A stretch of DNA of 64,000 nt from an uncultured Verrucomicrobiae bacterium (lineage in GTDB: Bacteria; Verrucomicrobiota; Verrucomicrobiia; Chthoniobacterales; JAATET01), in contig CAVRCI010000004.1 of NCBI GenBank assembly GCA_963719495.1, positions 288,001-352,000 of the forward strand. The letters are read 5' to 3'. Position 1 is the first letter of the stretch, and each line of letters opens with the position of its first letter. The translations under genes and the position numbers were made by a program. The notes under the pieces were generated by a model. That model saw only the letters and a program-made list of their open reading frames with translations, was not told the origin of the DNA and made no database searches. Below, piece after piece: positions 1 to 12,050 of the stretch.

Positions 1-1
1 T

Positions 2-427
2 CTGCGGGAGATGATGGTGCTCGAGACGCCGATCATTTCGGTCGTGATCGGGGAGGGGGGGTCCGGCGGGGCGCTCGGGATCGGAGTTGCCGACCGGGTG
101 CTCATTCTCGAGAACGCGTATTATTCCGTGATCAGTCCCGAGGGCTGCGCGGCCATCCTCTGGAAGCACCGCAAGCACGCGCCCGAGGCGGCGGAGGCGC
201 TCAAGCTGAATTCCCGCGAGTTGCTGAAAATGGGCATCGTCGACGGCATCATCGAAGAACCCCTCGGCGGAGCGCACCACGACCACGCCGCCACGGCGAA
301 AACGCTCGAGGAGACGCTCGTTCGCGAGATGTCCGCGCTGAAGAAGATCAAGACGTCGGAGTTGCTCGAGGCGCGCTATCGGAAATTTCGCGCGATGGGC
401 GTGATTGCGGAAGACGTCACGGCCTAA
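2..427 (+). CDS. accA: Acetyl-CoA carboxylase carboxyltransferase alpha subunit (5'-partial)
   Basis: IGEGGSGGALGIGVAD...YYSVISPEGCAAILW...IIEEPLGGAH motifs; frame is open from the window edge. Confidence 0.95.
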   Translation: MREMMVLETPIISVVIGEGGSGGALGIGVADRVLILENAYYSVISPEGCAAILWKHRKHAPEAAEALKLNSRELLKMGIVDGIIEEPLGGAHHDHAATAKTLEETLVREMSALKKIKTSELLEARYRKFRAMGVIAEDVTA

Positions 428-692
428 TAGGCCGTAACGTGATAATCTTCGCGTCTGCTGCGGGTTGAGCCGGAAAAGTCTCGTGGGAGATCCCTGGGTA
501 GCGGCGCTCCGGGTGGGGAGCCAGTGATTGCCTTTTTAGAAAAGCTCTGAAGTGAAGGCTGTCTCGCTGCGCTCGATCCTTCATTGCATTCAGGATGACA
601 GGCCGGGACGAGGGCGCGCTTTGCAACGATGACGGCACCGCCCCTTGCTGTCATTCCGAGGTCGTCCGAAGCTTCCTGTCGTCGGGTTCTTC

Positions 693-3104
693 CTAGTCTT
701 TTGGTTGGTGGTAGCGGGCGGGGAGTTTGGGCGTGGATTTGTCTTGGTGGGTGAGGGTCAGGAGGGCTTCGGCCGCGGCCTTTTGGAGGGTGGCGAAGCG
801 GGCGTTGTTTGGGTTGGGGGCGTGGATGATGTGACGGAGGAGACTTTGCCACTCGAGGATGGCTCGCTCGACGTCCCCTCGGCGGATCAGTGCATCGGCG
901 GGGAGTGAGCGGATGCCGCCGCCGCGGTAGCGGGCCACGACGTCGGCGGTGCCTTCGCCGTAGCCGAGGCTCAGGCCGGTTTCGAGGTAACCTTCGTGGT
1001 CGACGTGGCCGTAGGCCGTGCGCGAGGCGATGGCGAGGCGGTCGGATTCGCCGGTCGCCAGGTCGGCGAAGCGGTGGCCGCCCCGGAGGTTCGCCAGGTG
1101 TGGGATGATCTCGTCGATGGGATAAGTTTCATCCTCGAGCGCAGCGGCGATGACGAGGCCTTCGCCGGCTTGGAAGCGGGCGGCGACGCGGCCGCGCGGC
1201 GTGGGGGTTCCGTCCGCTTCGATGAGGCCGAGCTTGCGCCAGGCGTGGGCGGCGGACCCGGGGGGCGGATCGAAGGTCGCGGCCTCGGCGGTGGCGAGGT
1301 GGGTGTCGGTGTGCAACTCGATCCGGCGACGGGGCGGGTGGAGGAGCGCTCGCCCGGCGGGGTCGATCGTCGCGGGCGTGGGGTGGTGGGTGAGCGGGAG
1401 CTGGATCGCGACGACGCTGCCGTGGTGGGCGAGGGGGAGGATTGCGGATTGCGGATTGCGGATTGCGGATTGGAGGAGGAGCGGGGCGACCGTTTGGAGG
1501 AATTCGGTTTCGGTGAAGGTCTCGGTTTTGGTGAGGTGGAGCTTTTTGCGGACCCAGGGGAGGGGTTGGAGGTCGCCGGTTTCCGTGAGTTTGGCGGCGG
1601 CGAATTCTTTGCCGTATTGGATCGTGCCGTCGGGGGTTTTGATTTTGCAGATTCGACCGGGGCCGTGGGTTTCCGCGATGGTGGGGACGCGGAGGGCGGG
1701 GTGCCATTTGTCTTTGTGCCAGGCCAGGCACTCGCCGAGGGGGCGGGGTTCGGTGACGGCGTTCTTGGCGGGTTGCCAAACGTTATTGCTGTCGAGGTAT
1801 TCCTCCCGGGTTGGGGCGAGAGAAAAGCCTTCGGCGTGATTGGTGACTGGTGAATGGTGATTGGTGGGGGTGAGGCCGAGGGTGGGCGGTTGAGGGCTGA
1901 AGAGATTTTTGCAGGCCTCGCGGGCGGCTTCGAACGGGTTGCGGCCCTGGTCGGCGGCGGTTTCCATGACGCGGAGGAGGCTGGGCCAATCAATTTCGTT
2001 GACGCGGCGGAGTTGGCGCTGGCCGGCGTTGCCGAGGCGGGGGCTGTCGCGGGTGACGATGAGGGTGCCTTCGGTGTCGAGGCCGCGGCGACCGGCTCGA
2101 CCGAACATTTGGAGGAGTTCGTCGGAGCGGAGTTCGCGCTGGGCGAGCCCGTCCTGGTAGGTGGTGCCGGCGATGGCGACGGAGCGGACCGAGAAGTTGA
2201 TGCCGGCGGCGAGGCCGGTGGTGGCGACGATGAAGTGGAGGTGGCCGTTCTTGGCGAGGGGTTCGATCCAGTGAGCGCGGGCGGCGTAGGGGAGGCCGCT
2301 GTGGTGGAAGGCGGTGCGGCGGGCGAGGAGACGGGAGAGGTCCTTGCCGAGGAGCGTCTGGGCTTCGGGCGGGATGGGGATGGCGTCCTGGAGCGGGAGG
2401 GCTTCGCTGATGTGGCGGGCGATCTTCTCGGCGTCGGCGCGGCGGGGGGCGAAGATGAGGAGGGGGGTGAGCCGGGCGAGGTGGGCGGCGGCGGCGAGGC
2501 GGGGCCAGGTGCCGCGGACGCTGTCGGGCACGCGGGGGAGATTTTCGACGGGGACTTCGTTGAGGGGGACGGGGCGGTCGCGGACGCGGATGATCTCGGT
2601 GGTGCGACCGAGGCGCTGGAACCAGTCGGCGACGTGCTCGGGGTTGCGGACGCTCCCGCTGAGGAGGAGGAGTTGGGTGGTGGGGGGAACGAGGGCGAGG
2701 GCGAGTTCGTAGTTGAGGCCGCGGCGGGGGTCGGCGAGCATTTGGTATTCGTCGATGACGAGGGTGCCGGGGGCTTCGCCGGAGAGGATGCGCTCGCGTT
2801 GCGTCTCGAGGGTGGCGACGAGGATGGGGGCGCGGGTGTTCTCGGCGAGGTCGCCGGTGGCGATGCCGACGTCCCAGCCGCGGCGTTGCCATTCGGTCCA
2901 CTTGTCGTTGGCGAGGGCGCGGGTCGGGACGGTGTAGACGGCCTGGCCGCGGCGGGCGGCGGCGCCGGACTCGACGTGGAGTTCGAAGATGCGGGTCTTA
3001 CCCGCGCCCGTTGGGGCGTCGACGATGACGTCGTGGCCGGCTTTGAGCGCGCGGACGGCTTGCTGCTGCCAGAGATCGGGGACGTCGAGGGCGATCTGGA
3101 GCAC
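693..3104 (-). CDS. DEAD/DEAH-box helicase, Ski2/HelY-like
   Basis: APTGAGKT (Walker A), VPTRALAN, IDEYQ, LSGS and QMFGRAGRRG SF2 motifs. Confidence 0.9.
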   Translation of the reverse strand: MLQIALDVPDLWQQQAVRALKAGHDVIVDAPTGAGKTRIFELHVESGAAARRGQAVYTVPTRALANDKWTEWQRRGWDVGIATGDLAENTRAPILVATLETQRERILSGEAPGTLVIDEYQMLADPRRGLNYELALALVPPTTQLLLLSGSVRNPEHVADWFQRLGRTTEIIRVRDRPVPLNEVPVENLPRVPDSVRGTWPRLAAAAHLARLTPLLIFAPRRADAEKIARHISEALPLQDAIPIPPEAQTLLGKDLSRLLARRTAFHHSGLPYAARAHWIEPLAKNGHLHFIVATTGLAAGINFSVRSVAIAGTTYQDGLAQRELRSDELLQMFGRAGRRGLDTEGTLIVTRDSPRLGNAGQRQLRRVNEIDWPSLLRVMETAADQGRNPFEAAREACKNLFSPQPPTLGLTPTNHHSPVTNHAEGFSLAPTREEYLDSNNVWQPAKNAVTEPRPLGECLAWHKDKWHPALRVPTIAETHGPGRICKIKTPDGTIQYGKEFAAAKLTETGDLQPLPWVRKKLHLTKTETFTETEFLQTVAPLLLQSAIRNPQSAILPLAHHGSVVAIQLPLTHHPTPATIDPAGRALLHPPRRRIELHTDTHLATAEAATFDPPPGSAAHAWRKLGLIEADGTPTPRGRVAARFQAGEGLVIAAALEDETYPIDEIIPHLANLRGGHRFADLATGESDRLAIASRTAYGHVDHEGYLETGLSLGYGEGTADVVARYRGGGIRSLPADALIRRGDVERAILEWQSLLRHIIHAPNPNNARFATLQKAAAEALLTLTHQDKSTPKLPARYHQPKD
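1440..1471. repeat. Heptamer tandem repeat (GATTGCG)x4 inside the helicase CDS
   Basis: Seen directly; encodes QSAIRNPQSAI. Confidence 0.9.
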
Positions 3105-3188
3105 GCTCGAGGGTAATGAGAAATGAGGGAATGCGGAATTAGAAATGGAGTGCGGCTTCGCCGGCGGGGGGGCGGCTGGCAGCCGATT

Positions 3189-3431
3189 TCACGGGTTGGG
3201 TCGCTTTCGCTCCGGGGACTTTGCGAGGAGCCCGACCACGAGCTGGGTGGCGGAGAGGGCGGCGAGGTGGAGGAAACTGGTTTCGGTGAAGCCGTTGGAG
3301 TAGAGGCCGATGCCGAGGAGGTTGGTTCCGAACCAACTGAGGGCGGTGACGGTGTTGCCGAGGACGGCGAGGATCGCGAGGCCGCGGGGTTGGACGAGGC
3401 CGCCCAATCGGGCGTGGAGGATGATCCTCAC
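3189..3431 (-). pseudogene. ccsA: C-terminal fragment of cytochrome c biogenesis protein CcsA
   Basis: IILHARLGG...LAVLGNTVTALSWFGTNLLGIGLYSNGF resembles the CcsA C-terminus (ILHAR...SWFGVNxLGxGLHSYGF); the upstream WWD motif is missing and the conserved His is lost. Confidence 0.75.
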
Positions 3432-3666
3432 GGGGAAAATGGAGAATGGCTTCCCGGCCTGCCGCCCGACGCCGCCGTGCGACTTAGCGGATGAAAATCC
3501 TCCGTCTCCTCACTCTTTGATCTTCGATCTCGACCATTTTCCTTTTGAGGTTGAGGGCAACTGGCTCGCTTGGCCGAATTTCCGGGCAGGATTGACAATT
3601 TCGCAACCGGATTGTAGGGGTCATTTATCTCGTCGCTCGCCAGGCCTTCCTCGTTTGGACCGCCGT

Positions 3667-4218
3667 ATGACCATGAAACTCCGAGTTCCCTTCATTCTCG
3701 GTTCTCTCGCTACGGCTTGCGCTGCATTCGCTCAAGTGACCATCCATTGGTTCCCGGTCGGCGACCCGGGTAATCCCGCCGACGAAGTTTCCGCTTCGAA
3801 TTCCTACGGCGCCGTTCCCTACGGGTTCCACATTTCGAAGTTCGAGACGACCATCGCCCGATACACGGCGTTTCTCGACGCGGTCGCCGCTTCCGATCCC
3901 CACGGACTCTGGAAATCCCGACAGCAGGACGTTCGCAACGTTGCCGGCATCGCCGGCTCCGGCCCCGACGAGGCCTACACCTACAGCGTGATCGGCTCGC
4001 GAAGTCGCTCCATCGCTTACACGACCTACGTCGATGCCACCCGCTTCACGAATTGGCTGCAAAACGGACAAAGCTCCGGGGACACCGAGACCGGTGCCTA
4101 CACGCTCCGCTCCGCGACGATCATCGGCTTTAAACGCAGTTCTTCCACCGCCCCGTGCACACCCCGTTTTCGTTGCGAAACGGGTAGGCAACCCAACCTA
4201 CAGCCCCATTTCATCTGA
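3667..4218 (+). pseudogene. Truncated secreted SUMF1/formylglycine-generating-enzyme-like protein
   Basis: Signal peptide, then VGDPGNPAD..YGAV.Y...KFETT...Y..FL.AVA..D...RFTNWLQNGQ...TETGAYTL; similarity stops there and the C-terminal half is absent. Confidence 0.7.
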
Positions 4219-6152
4219 ATGAAAACAGCCCCAAACCTCGGTTCACTCGGACGCCGCCTCACCCTCGGCCTCGCCGCGATCGCGACACTGCTCGCCGCCC
4301 CGCGCGGTTCCGCCCAGACGCCACCCGCCACGCAGATCCTTCTCTTTGCCGGCGACACCGTGCCCGATGGCAATGGCACTTATTCCCTGTTTTTCTCGGG
4401 CGCCGCGCTCAACGACGCCGAGCAGATCGGGTTTCGGGATTTTGCCGGAAACACCACCGGCGGCTCCGCCGACAACACCGTCCTGGTCCGAGCAGGCGGC
4501 TCGACTCCGCCGGTCGTGCTCGCCCGGGAAGGCCAGCCCGCGCCGAATGGCAACGGCAGTTTTCTCTTTATCCAAAATCCGGCCTTCAGTGTCGTGGGCG
4601 CGATGGCGTTCAACGCGGTCACCGAGCGTGCCGAGCCAACTGACGAGACCGCTCTCTTCCGCGTCGACGGCTCCGGCTCGATCGTCGAGATCGTCCGCTT
4701 CGGCGAGGCGGCGCCCGACTCGAGCGGAAACTTTACCGCCTTCGACGATATCCCCGCTCTCAATGAACTGGGACAACTCGCATTCCGCGCGGATATCGAC
4801 CTCGGCGACGGGGGCTCGCGCCTCGATGAAGCCGGCATCTTCATCGGGGAGGGATCGGCTGGACCCGTCCGAATGGCCCGCGATGGCCAGACGGCTCCGG
4901 ACGGCAATGGAGTTTTCACGTCCTTTCACGGCCGAGTTGGGTTGAATGGCCCCGGCCAGGTCGCGTTCGCGGGGTTCGTGACCAGTGGGGGAGCCGATGA
5001 GGACACCGCGATCTTTCGTGGGATCGGAAGCTCCGCCGGACTGACTCAAATCGCCCGAACCGGCGGCCTGGCCCCCGACGGCACCAGTGTTTACCAAATC
5101 GTCCACGGCTCTCCGGCTCTGAACGACGCTGGGAGTGTCGCTTTTTCCTCCTCGTTTGCTGGTGGTGCCGGTGCCGAAGGTCTTTTCCGATCCGACGCCG
5201 CTGGTGGCATCGTCACGATCGCCCGCACGAACGACCCCTCGCCGGGTCGGAACGGCAGCATCGCCGGGATCGAGGGCGACCCCGCCCTGAGCGAGCGGAC
5301 GCCAGAGCAGTTTCGTGGCGCGCTCAATTCGTCCGGGCAGGTGGCATTCGTCGCCTCGCTCACCGGTACGGTTGGCGGGACGAGCGACGACACCGCCGTC
5401 CTCCGGGGCGACGGCGCGGCGGGCAGTCTGCTCGAGATCGCCCGCGAAGGCGGGACGGCACCCGACGGCAACGGAACGTTCGTCGATTTGAGTGGGCGCA
5501 CTTCGCTCCTCGGTTTTCTGGTGAAACCGCTCATCAACGACGCCGGGCGGTGGCGTTCGTCGCCAACTTGGAGAACACCGCCGGAGGAACCAACGACGAC
5601 CGGGGAATTTTCTTCTTCGACGACGCGGCGGGCCTTCTCCAGGTCGTGCGCGAAGGAGACGCCTTCCTCGGCAGCACCATCGTCTCCCTGGGCTTGCTCA
5701 GCGACTCCGGGGGACGGGATGGATTCAACAATTCGGGCCAGGTCGCCTACTCCTTCGGCCTGGCCGACGACCGTCGTGGCTTCGCCCGATGGAACAGCGA
5801 CGGGGCACCACCCACGCCAACGCCCACGCCGAACCCGGCACCCGCGACGCCCCCGGCTCCGTCGGCCGACACAATCCCGCCCGAACTCGCGATCCGCGGA
5901 CGCAAAACCATCGAAACCCTCCGCAAGCGCGTTGTCATCCGCGGCACCGCGAGCGACGCGTCGGGCATCGCGAAGCTCGACGTCAAAGCTCGCGGGGCCA
6001 AGGTCCAGAAGGCCAAAGTGCTCAGCGGAGACCGTTTCAAGGTCGTCCTCCGCGTCTCCAAGGACCGTGGCCGCGTCATCGTGAAGCTCCGCGCTATCGA
6101 CGACGCCAACAACCGCTCGAAATCATCCAAACTCCGCATTCTTCGCCGCTGA
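4219..6152 (+). pseudogene. Secreted NxxGxxAF-repeat (beta-propeller-like) protein with PT linker and basic C-terminal domain; frameshifted
   Basis: Repeated LNxxGQVAF motifs; one base missing at 5548/5549 (GGG C[A]G GTG = NDAGQVAF) joins ORFs 4219-6084 and 5550-6152. Confidence 0.8.
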
Positions 6153-6207
6153 TCCCCCTCTCACCGGACACCTCATCCGCAAACCCCACTCCGACGCGCC
6201 CACCGAA

Positions 6208-8073
6208 ATGAAATCATCGATCCCCGCCCTGGCCGCCCTGCTCCTTCTTCCCGCGTTGCTGGTGCCGACGTCGCTTCCCGCGCAATCCGCTGCCGCCGGG
6301 AGCATCATCGTCCTCAGCGGTGACCCCGTTCCGGGTGGCGGCACCGTCGAAAGTGTCTTCGAATTCACAGCACCCTCCCTCAACGACGTGGACCAGGTCG
6401 CGCTGAGGCTCGATCTCACCGGCACCCCAGGCGGGGATTCCGACAACGTCGGCATCTATCGGGCCGACGGCGCCTCGCCGCTGGTCGAGATCGCGCGGAA
6501 GGGGCAGACCGCCCCTCGCGGCGACGTGCAATTTGAAAACTTCTTCGGCTTTCTCCCCATCAATAGCGCTGGCCAGATCGCGTTATTCGCCCGACCGTTC
6601 ACTCTTGGGGACAGCAATCTCATCGGTGACGGGACGACCCTGGTCGAGATCGCGCGCACGGGGGATCCGGTGCCCGGCGGAGACGGACAGGTTGGTCTTT
6701 TGTCTACGCCTCTGATCAACAACCTGGGACAGACCGGCGTGGGGGTCTTCCTCAGGAACGCTACTTTCGGAGATCGAGGTGCCTTATACCGCGGCGAGGG
6801 CACGGCGCTCACTCAGATCGTGCGGGACGGGCAGACGGTCCCCGGCGGCAACGGCAGATTCTTTTGCAGGTCTACCCCCTCATTCGTTGGGCCGAATGAT
6901 CTCGGCCAGTTCGCGTTCGAGATCGCGATTGCGGTGGCCACCGGAGGAGCCGATCGCGGGATCTTCCGCGGTGATGGCACGACGCTGGTGAAAATTGCCC
7001 TCGCCAGCGAACCCGTGCCGACCGGCGTCGGACAGTTCATCAGCTTCTCCGAGACGCCGGCACTCGACGAGACCGGACGCACGGCCTTCCCCGCTCGTCT
7101 GACCGGCACCTCGGGCAACGGCGACAATACGGGAATCTACTTCGGAGACGAAAACGGCCTCATCCAGATTGTCCGCGAAGGCCAGGTCGCGCCGACGGGC
7201 AACGGTGCTTTTGGCGACGTGGCATTGACCACGGTCGCATTGAACGAGAACGCTTAGATCGCGTTTCGGTCGGATCTCACCGGCACCGCGCTGGGTGCCG
7301 CCGACGGTCAAGGTGTTTACCGGGCCGATGGCTCCACGCTGCGCGAGATCGTCCGCGCCGGGCAGACGGTGCCCGAGGGGAACGGCACGTTTGCCACCTT
7401 CGAGCGGGACGGCGCTCTTGCGTTCAACAACGCGGGCCAGATGGTCTTCGAGGCCACACTGGTCGGCACCCCCGGCGGCAGCGCCGACGACCGCGGTCTG
7501 TATTTTCACGACGACTCGTTGGGTTTGCGTAAGATCGTGCGCGCAGGCGACGCCCTTCTGGGCAGCACGGTGAGTGATTTTCGCTTTCGCGGCAACTACG
7601 GGAGCTTCGACTCGCCCCACGGCAACGTGGTCAGCGGATTCAACAACTCCGGGAAGGTCGCCTACCGATTCTCTCTCGCCGACGGGCGCAGCGGAGTCGT
7701 GCTCTGGACCCAGTCGGCCGTGCCTCCCACGCCGACGCCAACTCCCTCCCCGAGCCCGGCACCCGCGCCCAACCCGGCCCCGTCGGCCGACGCGATCCCG
7801 CCCGAAATCAGAATCCGCGGACGCAAATCCGTAGAGACCCTCCGCAAACGCGTCGTCGTTCGCGGCAACGCGAGCGACGCATCGGGCATCGCGAAGCTCG
7901 ACGTCAAAGCCCGCGGGGCCAAGGTCCGGAAGGCCAAAGTGCTCAGCGGAGACCGTTTCAAGGTCGTCCTCCGCGTCTCCAAGACCAGCGGCCGCGTCAT
8001 CGTCAAAATCCGCGCCATCGACAACGCCGGCAACCGCTCGAAAAAATCCAAACTCCGCGTCCTCCGCCGTTGA
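6208..8073 (+). pseudogene. Paralogous NxxGxxAF-repeat secreted protein with basic C-terminal domain; one in-frame stop
   Basis: NENA*IAFR: TAG at 7255-7257 where the repeat has Gln; the frame continues into ORF 7369-8073. Confidence 0.8.
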
Positions 8074-8125
8074 TCCCCGAATCCGACCGACCTCCTCGCA
8101 CCATCACCAGCCAGCAACCCAACCC

Positions 8126-10051
8126 ATGAAAAAACACCTCGCCTACCTCACCGCCAGCCTTCTCCTGCATTCGCTGCCCGCTTCCGCGCAGACCACCAAC
8201 TGGACCGGCCTCAGCCCCGCCGACGGCAACTGGACCACGGCTGCCAACTGGAACCCGGGCGTCCCGACCACGGGCGATGCCGTCGTCTTCGGTGCCTCGC
8301 CCCGGACCGCGACCACGGTCAACACCAGCTTCTCGCTGGCGTCCCTGAGTTACCTCGCCGCCGCGCCTTCCTACACGACCACGTTCATCTCGAGCCTGAC
8401 GTTTACCGGCGCGGGCGTGAGTAACCTCTCCGGCACAACCCAGAATTTCGACGTGGCCAATTCCCTCCGCTTCAGCAACAGCTCGACCGCTTCCGACGCC
8501 CTTCTCACCGCGCGCGGCTCCGGCTCCGGCGTCGGGCAGTCCGGGTTGATCCGCTTCACGGAAGGGGCCACCGCCGCCTCAGCCAGCATCAGCAACCTTG
8601 GCTCGGCGTCTTTCGGATTCGGCGGTCGGACGAACTTCGGCGGAACGTCCACCGCCGAGAACGCCGTCATCATGAACCAAACCGGTAGCGCCAACGGCGG
8701 CCGCGGCGGGATCACGAACTTCCTCGAGGATTCCACGGCCGGGAATGCGACCCTGACCAACGCGGGGAGCCTCGTCTTTGGCACGGGCGGCGGCAACACC
8801 ACTTTCTCGGGAAATGCCACCGCCAGCACTGCCGCCATCACCAACCAAGCCGCTGTCGGCAGTTCAGCCGTCGCCGCCGGCTTCACCACTTTCTCGGGCA
8901 CGTCCACGGCCGGCAGTGCCAGCATCACCAGCGGCGGAGGCACGGGTGGCAACGAAGGCGGCTTCACGAGCTTCACCGCCACATCCTCCGCGGGGAACGC
9001 TACGATCGTCGCCAATGGCGTCACCGATGCCGGCACGAGCGCGGACAGCAACGGTCGCACCATTTTTCAAGACGACGCCACGGCGGCGAACGCCACGCTC
9101 ATCGCCAACGGGCCGGGCGCGGCGGGCGGACTCGGTGGCGCTATTGTCTTTCGCGACAACGCCACCGGCGGCACCGCCCGCGTAATCGTGAATGCGGGCG
9201 GCGCCTTCGACCTCGACGACGCGAACGCCGCCGTGAGCGTGGGCTCGATCGAGGGAGCGGGGAACTTCCTGCTCTTCACAAACTCCCTCACGACCGGCAG
9301 CAACGGCGTCAGCACCACCGTCTCCGGAATCATCAGCAGCAACGGCCCGGCTACCACCGGAGCCCTCGTCAAGACCGGCACCGGCACCTTGCGATTGACC
9401 GCCAACAACACCTACCGCGGCGGCACGACCGTGTCCGGCGGCACCCTGCTCGTCAGTAATCCGGGAGTCCTCACCGTCGATTCCGGCACCGGCACGGGAG
9501 ACGTGAGCGTGCTCGCCGGCGCCACGCTGGGCGGCACCGGGCGCATCGCTGGAAGCGTGAGCACCACCGGTGCCGCCATCCTCGCACCGGGCGAATCGGC
9601 CGGCCAGCTCAGGATCCAGGGCAATCTCACCCTCTCCTCCGACACGATGTTCGTGATGGAACTCGGTGGGCGCACTCAGGGCGTGGATTACGACTTTCTG
9701 CTCGAGGGCGGCAACGTCGCGCTGATGCTCGACGGCCTGCTCGCCGTCAGTTTCATCGATGGTTTCGAGGCCGGAGTGAATGGCGCCGACACGTTCACCA
9801 TCATCGGCTCGAACCAGACCATCGGCGGAGCATTCGCCAACGTCGCCAACGGCGACCGGCTCGCCACGACCGACGGCCTGGGCAGTTTCCTCGTCACCTA
9901 CGGCGCGACCAACGGCGTCGTCCTGAGCGACTTCCTCCCCGTCCCCGAGCCCTCCAGCGTCCTGCTCATCGGTCTGAGTGCCGTTGCCCTGGGCGCGGGT
10001 GCCTTCCGGCGCAAGCTCGCAACCTGCGGGAAGCCCGCTCGATACTCCTGA
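8126..10051 (+). CDS. PEP-CTERM protein with autotransporter-associated beta-strand repeats
   Basis: Signal peptide, W-x-N-W cap, LVKTGTGTLRLTANNTYRGGTTV, VPEPSS-TM-RRK tail. Confidence 0.9.
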   Translation: MKKHLAYLTASLLLHSLPASAQTTNWTGLSPADGNWTTAANWNPGVPTTGDAVVFGASPRTATTVNTSFSLASLSYLAAAPSYTTTFISSLTFTGAGVSNLSGTTQNFDVANSLRFSNSSTASDALLTARGSGSGVGQSGLIRFTEGATAASASISNLGSASFGFGGRTNFGGTSTAENAVIMNQTGSANGGRGGITNFLEDSTAGNATLTNAGSLVFGTGGGNTTFSGNATASTAAITNQAAVGSSAVAAGFTTFSGTSTAGSASITSGGGTGGNEGGFTSFTATSSAGNATIVANGVTDAGTSADSNGRTIFQDDATAANATLIANGPGAAGGLGGAIVFRDNATGGTARVIVNAGGAFDLDDANAAVSVGSIEGAGNFLLFTNSLTTGSNGVSTTVSGIISSNGPATTGALVKTGTGTLRLTANNTYRGGTTVSGGTLLVSNPGVLTVDSGTGTGDVSVLAGATLGGTGRIAGSVSTTGAAILAPGESAGQLRIQGNLTLSSDTMFVMELGGRTQGVDYDFLLEGGNVALMLDGLLAVSFIDGFEAGVNGADTFTIIGSNQTIGGAFANVANGDRLATTDGLGSFLVTYGATNGVVLSDFLPVPEPSSVLLIGLSAVALGAGAFRRKLATCGKPARYS

Positions 10052-10177
10052 CCTTGGCGCATTTCACCACCGACCCATTCCAATTTCCTTCGGGTCCCTG
10101 GATTGCGCTGGTATTTCAAGCTAGGAGGGGCCAAATGGATTGAGGACGTATCATCAGTTCAGAACCGGACAATGCTC

Positions 10178-12027
10178 ATGAAAAAACTCATCTTCTCCTT
10201 AACGACCGCAGCGCTGGCTTCGACGGTCACACCTTCGGTTCGAGCGGCGGAAATCTGGGACGGCGGCGGCAATGATTCCAATTGGTCGACGGCGCTCAAC
10301 TGGGACGAGGGCGTTCCCGATCCGGGAGACAGCGTCACGTTCGGAACAGCTTTTACGAACGTGGGAACTGACAATATCTCTCTTGCCGGGGATCGTTCGG
10401 TCGGAACCCTCACGTTCGATAGTGGTCCCACGAACGTCATTCTTTCGTCCTCGAATCTCACGGTCAACGCCGGCATCAATCGAATCTCGCCCGCTGACAC
10501 GGAGTCGATCGTGCTCAGCACGGTGACTTTGCCTTCGGACATTGTCGTCAACAACGCCGGTGGTTCGCTGGATCTGTTCGGAGCGATTTCCGGGGTTGGT
10601 CGGATCACCCAGAACGCGACCTCGGCGACGCCGATCAATTTGCTGTTCGGAGGGAACAACTCAGCCTGGACCGGCGGGCTGACCCTGGGTGCCGCTCCGG
10701 GAGGGAGTATCGTCAACGTCAACGCGAATGGACTCGGCACCGGCAGCGTCATCTGGGAGGCGGGGGCGAGCGGACCTACGGTCAGTTTTTCGGCAACGCC
10801 GACCAGGCGATCGGCAATGATTTCACGGTGAACGGCGACCGAACGATCATTCCGTTCAACAACAATAGCACCGGAAAGACCGTCGCATTCAACGGCGACA
10901 TTGGCGGCACCTCCATCTCGACGATTCGGTTCAACGCTCGCCAGGGCGGCATCAGCGGGATCACGACGGAACTCAATGGAGTGAATACCAACGCCGTAGC
11001 TGGCAGCCAAATGGTCTTCCAAGGCTCGAACGACGACGGTTCCGGGCTGGGAAACACCTACGTGATCGGCAACAGCGCCGCGCTCGGCTGGGACCGCATC
11101 ATTTTGGGGGAAGCTTCGACGACTTCGGACGAGGTGGCATTTCTCTACAAGGACGGCGTCGACATCGCGAACGCAATCGAATTGAACGAAGCCGATCCGG
11201 GACGCGTGACCATGGGGGTCACGGGCACCGGTGCTGCGGCGACTCAGAGCGGCGGGATCATTCTCGGCAACTTCGGCCTTGATCTCTCCAAGGATTACCA
11301 GATCACGGCGGGCAGCGACAGCACCTTCACGGTCTCGGGCACCATCACGACCGCCGACGCTGGCGACACGCTCAACGTCACAAAAATCGGCGACGGCACG
11401 GTCGCTCTCACCAGCGCGACCGGCAATGATTACCGCGGGACGACGACCATCTCGGCGGGGACGCTTCTCGTGAACAACACGACGAATTCCGGCACCGGCA
11501 CCGGCGCGGTAATTGTCGCATCCGGCGCGACCTTCGCCGGGAGCAACCTCATCGCTCCGACCGCGGACAACGACGTGACCGTCAACGGCACGCTGGCTCC
11601 CGGGGCGCTCGACAACGGCGCTGGCAGAATGGAGTTCGATCTGAGCGGTGCGTCGAAGCTCGCGTTTGGCGGCGGTTCGGTCCTTGCCTTCGACCTCGGC
11701 ACGACGAGCGATCTGATCGACTTCACCCTCGCGGGGGATTGGCTGACCGGATCGGGTGACGCCACGCTGGCTCTGACGCTCGGCGCTGGGTTCGATTACT
11801 CGCTGACCTACACCGTTTTCTCCGATGTGACGACGACGGGCTTCACCTTCGCGGCGATCACGGGATACGACACGGCGAACTTCGACGCGGACTTTGCGAA
11901 GATCGGCAACGACTACCGAGTCTCGTTCACCGCGGTCCCCGAGCCCAGCCCGGCGATGCTCGGTGCCTGCGGCCTCCTGATCCTGCTCGGCGTCGCCCGC
12001 GCGCGCCGTCGGTCGCGGATGGCGTGA
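10178..12027 (+). pseudogene. PEP-CTERM autotransporter-repeat protein, frameshifted in a T5 run
   Basis: ORFs 10103-10831 and 10828-12027 join if one T is added at 10786-10790 (VSFFGNADQAIGNDFTVNG); ends VPEPSP-TM-RRR. May be a sequencing error. Confidence 0.8.
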
Positions 12028-12050
12028 GGTTGCCTCGGCCAGCGCGAGAG

